Assembly (NCBI GenBank): GCA_043804895.1
Contig: JAZDIN010000066.1
Span: forward strand, 1 to 55,571
Direction: 5' to 3'
DNA length: 55,571 bases
Source of the DNA: Candidatus Altiarchaeota archaeon
GTDB taxonomy: Archaea; Altiarchaeota; Altiarchaeia; IMC4; SCGC-AAA252-I15
Shown here: positions 51,870 through 55,571 of the stretch, in pieces
Numbering within the stretch: the first letter of the stretch is position 1
Layout: each line of letters starts with the position of its first letter
The notes under the pieces: generated by a model
Told to the model about the DNA's origin: nothing
The model's database searches: none
The model's input: the letters and a program-made list of their open reading frames with translations, nothing else
Program-made: the position numbers and the translations under genes

Positions 51870-52574
51870 TTAAGCGCTCTTCATGTGGTTGATGACGCCC
51901 TGAATCTGCGTCATGAGGCTGTCAGCCGCTTCCACTGCTATGCTCATGTCGTTCGCGTTGCTTTTGATGCTGTTCGCGTACGAGTCCACGGTGGTGTTGC
52001 TCATGTCCTTTATCGCCTGGGCATCCGACTCCACCTCGCTCAGTTTCGACAATAATGTACTCAGCTTCGATTCTACCAGGGCCAGCCGGTTCTCCAATTC
52101 TATCACGTCCCCTTTCATCCTGCCTATCCTCGTGTTAGCTGTTGATAGGTCGCTGTTGGTTTGAGTGTATTTGTCCTGCCACTGCCTGCTCTCGTCAGAG
52201 TACTTCTGGGCCTTCGCAGCGTATTCGTTCCGTGCACGAGTCACGTCAGACAGGCTTGCATTTAGGTCGTCAACCTGGTCCTTCACCTGAGTGACGCGGT
52301 CTGTGAGGCCGCTAACCCTGCTCTTGGTGCTGTTGATTTCACGCTGATAGTTTTCCAACGCAGCCTCCCTCTCATTCAATAAGGACTCCTTGGAGGCAAG
52401 CTCATACTGCGTCCTGTTCACCTCGGAGGACACGTTCCGCAGGTGGTTCAGCGCCTCGTCATACTTGAGGCTGAGGCCCTGGTAGGTGACGTAGTAGTAT
52501 AATACCAGACCTATCATCGAAACTAGAACCAAAAGCAACAGACCCATAAGACCGAAGTTAACGTTATGCCTCAT
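51870..52574 (-). CDS. Membrane-anchored coiled-coil protein (alternative start 52601)
   Basis: One N-terminal TM helix followed by a long heptad-rich region. Confidence 0.8.
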   Translation of the reverse strand: MRHNVNFGLMGLLLLVLVSMIGLVLYYYVTYQGLSLKYDEALNHLRNVSSEVNRTQYELASKESLLNEREAALENYQREINSTKSRVSGLTDRVTQVKDQVDDLNASLSDVTRARNEYAAKAQKYSDESRQWQDKYTQTNSDLSTANTRIGRMKGDVIELENRLALVESKLSTLLSKLSEVESDAQAIKDMSNTTVDSYANSIKSNANDMSIAVEAADSLMTQIQGVINHMKSA

Positions 52575-52603
52575 TCTACCATTAGATATTGAATACGACA
52601 TTA

Positions 52604-52727
52604 TATAGCGAATGACATGGATTGTTGAACATGGCTTATTGGAAATCGGCGGAGTCCTATGTCATTCGATATATTCGATAGCAAATGTACATTGTCAAAA
52701 GTTAAAATACATTTGCTATCGTCTATA
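52604..52727. repeat. Double-hairpin structured element, copy 2
   Basis: TATAG...CTATA ends; stems CGAATGACAT/ATGTCATTCG and CGATAGCAAATGTA/TACATTTGCTATCG; central GATATATTCGA. Confidence 0.75.
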
Positions 52728-52779
52728 AGGGAGGTTCAACGACTATTTAAATGATGGATTTTTATTATTGTTCCTAAGA

Positions 52780-52947
52780 ATGAAAGTTGACAGGGGCAGG
52801 TGCCTGTACTGCGGCGGATGCGTCGGCGTATGTCCGACACATGCCCTGGAGCTGATGGAGGTAGTCCTCGAGGTTGACGAGAAGAAATGCAACAAATGCG
52901 GCATCTGCGTGAAATTCTGCCCAGTCGGGGCGATAAAGGGGGATTAA
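52780..52947 (+). CDS. 2x[4Fe-4S] ferredoxin (55 aa, not in ORF track)
   Basis: MKVDRGRCLYCGGCVGVCP...CNKCGICVKFCPVGAIKGD; directly upstream of GGR. Confidence 0.93.
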   Translation: MKVDRGRCLYCGGCVGVCPTHALELMEVVLEVDEKKCNKCGICVKFCPVGAIKGD

Positions 52948-52948
52948 G

Positions 52949-54145
52949 TTGGAGAACATTAAAGTTGACGTCGTAGTCGTTGGGGCGGGCCCGGGTGGGA
53001 GCACTGCAGCCTGGGAGCTGGCGAAGCGCAAAGTCAACGTCCTCGTCCTTGAGAAGCGCCAGGAGATAGGTGCGCCGAAGAGGTGCGCCGAGGGAGTCGG
53101 CGACGACCTCTTGGACAAATTCCATCTCACGAAGGACAGGAGGTGGGCTGCGCAGGAGATTAAGGGCTCCATACTCTATTCGCCGAGCATGAGGAGGATA
53201 GAGGTCGAAGGCAGGAACAGGGGCCGCGTGGTTGAGAGGAAGGTGTTCGAGAAGTTCCTCGCAGCCGAGGCGATTAATGCTGGCGCAAAGTATATGGTGA
53301 AGACGACGGTCACTGACGTGATAAAGGAGGATGGAAAAATCGTCGGAGTCAAGGCAGAGCACATGGGTGAGAAGTTCGAAGTGCACGCTAGACTGGTGAT
53401 AGCAGCTGACGGCGTCGACTCGATGACAGGCAAGAGGGCTGGCATTGAGACGACGAACAGACTCACAGACTACCACAGCGGATTCCAGTATGAGATGGCT
53501 GGTGTCAACGCCAGGGAGGACATGATTCACCTCTTCTTCGGAAACAAGATAGCGCCGAAAGGTTACGTGTGGATTTTCCCGAAAGGCAACACCCTCGCCA
53601 ACGTCGGCATAGGCATCGTCGGCGTAAAGTCAGGCGAGGATGGGAGGGCGAGGGACTACCTTGACAGGTTCATCAAAGACAATCAGGGAATCTTCGGGAA
53701 GGCAAGTCCTGTGGAGATTAACGGCGGCGGCATCCCGGTGAGCGCCTCATGCAAGACCTCGGTCGGGGAGGGGATAATGGTCATCGGAGACGCCGCGCAG
53801 CAGGTGAACCCCATACACGGCGGCGGAATCGGATTAGCTATGAATGCAGGGAGGATAGCTGCTGAGGTGGGGGCGGCGGCGCTCTCCGAGGGAGACACTT
53901 CAAGGAAGAGGCTCCTGGAGTATGAGAGGCGCTGGGACGAGGAGGAGGGGGGGAGGCTTAAGAAGCTTCTGAAGCTCAGACACTTCCTTGAGAAGATGGA
54001 GGACGACGACTTCGAGAGGTTCGCTGACATCCTCGATGCTGAGACGATACTCAAGCTCGGCTCCGGAGAGTTGAAGCCGTTCCTGAGCGTGCTTTTAACG
54101 AAGGCTCCGAAGATGCTCCCGCTTGCGAAGAAGTTCCTGTACTAA
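52949..54145 (+). CDS. Digeranylgeranylglycerophospholipid reductase (geranylgeranyl reductase family)
   Basis: VVGAGPGG, PKRCAEG, GYVWIFPK and GDAA..NP.HGGG motifs. Confidence 0.93.
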   Translation: MENIKVDVVVVGAGPGGSTAAWELAKRKVNVLVLEKRQEIGAPKRCAEGVGDDLLDKFHLTKDRRWAAQEIKGSILYSPSMRRIEVEGRNRGRVVERKVFEKFLAAEAINAGAKYMVKTTVTDVIKEDGKIVGVKAEHMGEKFEVHARLVIAADGVDSMTGKRAGIETTNRLTDYHSGFQYEMAGVNAREDMIHLFFGNKIAPKGYVWIFPKGNTLANVGIGIVGVKSGEDGRARDYLDRFIKDNQGIFGKASPVEINGGGIPVSASCKTSVGEGIMVIGDAAQQVNPIHGGGIGLAMNAGRIAAEVGAAALSEGDTSRKRLLEYERRWDEEEGGRLKKLLKLRHFLEKMEDDDFERFADILDAETILKLGSGELKPFLSVLLTKAPKMLPLAKKFLY

Positions 54146-54244
54146 GCGTTCGACTTTAGTCGATGTTTTGACCAATGGTCAACGCACATGATATTTTTTA
54201 ATACAACCTCTAATGAGTACAGGACATAAAAACTAGGTGCGAAA

Positions 54245-54556
54245 TTGATTTTGACAAGATTGGCCTATGTCATCTTATACCTCTTGAACTTAGCATACAA
54301 TATGCTCCTTTCCGCCCGGGACACTGGAATACTCGCCGTGACCGGCAAGATTGACCCAGTTGTTGTCGAAGTCAAGACGAAACTGAAGAAGCCGATATCA
54401 CATGTGATACTCGCCAACTCGATAACATTGACTCCTGGAACTGTGACAATAGACGTAGACCATGAAAGGCAGGTCCTCACGGTGGCGGCCCTGACCCCCC
54501 GGACTGACGACGCCATCATACCGTTCGAAAAATACATCAGGGGGATGTTGGAGTGA
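54245..54556 (+). CDS. MnhE-like subunit (EhbA-like, energy-converting hydrogenase/antiporter module)
   Basis: LANSITLTPGTVTID and IIPFE motifs. Confidence 0.88.
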   Translation: MILTRLAYVILYLLNLAYNMLLSARDTGILAVTGKIDPVVVEVKTKLKKPISHVILANSITLTPGTVTIDVDHERQVLTVAALTPRTDDAIIPFEKYIRGMLE

Positions 54557-54819
54557 CCATCATCCTCATGTTCTTCCTGTTCGCACTCTCAGTCGGAGTC
54601 CTCACAGGAGTCATCATAGTCGCAAGAGGCGGGGTAGGCAGCAGGGAGAACTCCCTCATAGGATTGAACATCGCCACCATCTGCGCGGTCACCATGCTCG
54701 TCGCCATGGACAAGTACATGGGCATCGCATTCAGCAGGGACATCGCCTTCTACCTCATATTCCCAGGCGTCTTCGGAATCATAATATTCTGCATGCTCTT
54801 GAGGGAGGTGGACGACTGA
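54553..54819 (+). CDS. MnhF-like / EhbB-like membrane subunit
   Basis: Three TM helices, RDIA motif, GTGA coupling to the previous gene. Confidence 0.75.
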   Translation: MTIILMFFLFALSVGVLTGVIIVARGGVGSRENSLIGLNIATICAVTMLVAMDKYMGIAFSRDIAFYLIFPGVFGIIIFCMLLREVDD

Positions 54820-55088
54820 TGGATGCCGTTGACGTCCTGCTTGCAGTGTCAGGCCTTTCGATACTGGTTGCATGCCTTGGCCTCCTCCGATTTGGAGAGA
54901 GGAAGAACATAGTCTACGCTAGGCTCCACCTGTCCGGCATAATCGACGTCGTTTGCATATTCCTCACCATCATCATAGGATACCCCCTAATCGGACTCGT
55001 CTACTTCTTCCTAACCCCGCTTTCAGCCCACGCGATAGCGAACGAACACTACCGCACAACAAGGAAGGCTGAGGGAGGCTGCAAATGA
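54819..55088 (+). CDS. MnhG-like / EhbC-like subunit
   Basis: GLLR..YARLH..G..D and P.SAHAIA motifs. Confidence 0.85.
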   Translation: MDAVDVLLAVSGLSILVACLGLLRFGERKNIVYARLHLSGIIDVVCIFLTIIIGYPLIGLVYFFLTPLSAHAIANEHYRTTRKAEGGCK

Positions 55089-55321
55089 TAGAGTACGTCT
55101 TGATGGTAAGCATCATCGCGATAGCTGCGATTTCCCTGTTCCCTAAGGACCTTATGAAAGCAGTCATCATAGGCACCGGGATAGAAGGCCTCGCCCTAGC
55201 AGTCCTCTACCAGCAGCTTCTCGCCTCAGACGTCGCCTTGACGCAGGCCATAATCGCATCCACCGTGCTCCCAGGCATATTCGCGCTCGCCGTGTATAGG
55301 ACGCAGAGGTGCGAGGAGTGA
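55085..55321 (+). CDS. DUF4040 / EhbD-like subunit
   Basis: KDLMKAVI and [10 protein letters not shown] motifs. Confidence 0.85.
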   Translation: MIEYVLMVSIIAIAAISLFPKDLMKAVIIGTGIEGLALAVLYQQLLASDVALTQAIIASTVLPGIFALAVYRTQRCEE

Positions 55322-55571
55322 TACAACTGGCATCGTTCATCACGGCAGGCGTGCTATTCCTGATAGGATTATACGCCGTGGTCTTCAAGGACAACCTCAT
55401 AAAGAAGGTGATGGGCCTCACCTTCATAGGCGACGCAGTCAACCTCGTCCTCATCGCAATGGACTACAAGGTTGGGGGAATCGTACCCATCATACTCCCC
55501 GGAATGGACCCCGCAGAGTTCGCATCGAAGGCCGCCTACCCGCTGACCATCGCCCTCGTCCTCACAAACAT
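55318..55571 (+). CDS. MnhC-like / EhbE-like subunit, 3'-partial
   Basis: GTG start; [38 protein letters not shown], open to the window end. Confidence 0.85.
   Translation, partial: MIQLASFITAGVLFLIGLYAVVFKDNLIKKVMGLTFIGDAVNLVLIAMDYKVGGIVPIILPGMDPAEFASKAAYPLTIALVLTN

Overview
This is an archaeal chromosomal window. The split RpoB (B''/B') and RpoA (A'/A''), archaeal ribosomal proteins, GGR lipid reductase, AroA'-type aldolase and Ehb/Mnh-like membrane subunits would fit an Altiarchaeota/DPANN-like or methanogen-related genome; that placement is inference only. The core is a rearranged minus-strand superoperon: rpoH-rpoB2-rpoB1-rpoA1-rpoA2-eL30-nusA-[inserted 3-gene cassette plus a divergent ferredoxin]-uS12-uS8-uL6-eL32-eL19-uL18-uS5-uL30-uL15-secY. 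Other content: aIF5B, a Dph2 fragment, a RelE-type toxin-antitoxin pair, KaiC-family and two-component signalling genes, a MoxR-DUF58-vWA operon, ferredoxin-GGR and the start of an Ehb/Mnh-like operon. No tRNA, rRNA, CRISPR array or transposase was seen. Four observations stand out. (1) Two intergenic copies (21767-21878 and 52604-52727) of an unnamed double-hairpin element share fixed ends (TATAG...CTATA) and an identical central GATATATTCGA, with compensatory changes in the stems. (2) A highly structured 162-nt in-frame insertion flanked by ATCC direct repeats splits a lipoprotein-type signal peptide (3561-3726). (3) An AT-richer operon of two small paralogous proteins plus a caspase/gingipain-like (clan CD) protease sits between nusA and rps12. 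(4) rpoH carries an in-frame TAG at codon 12.
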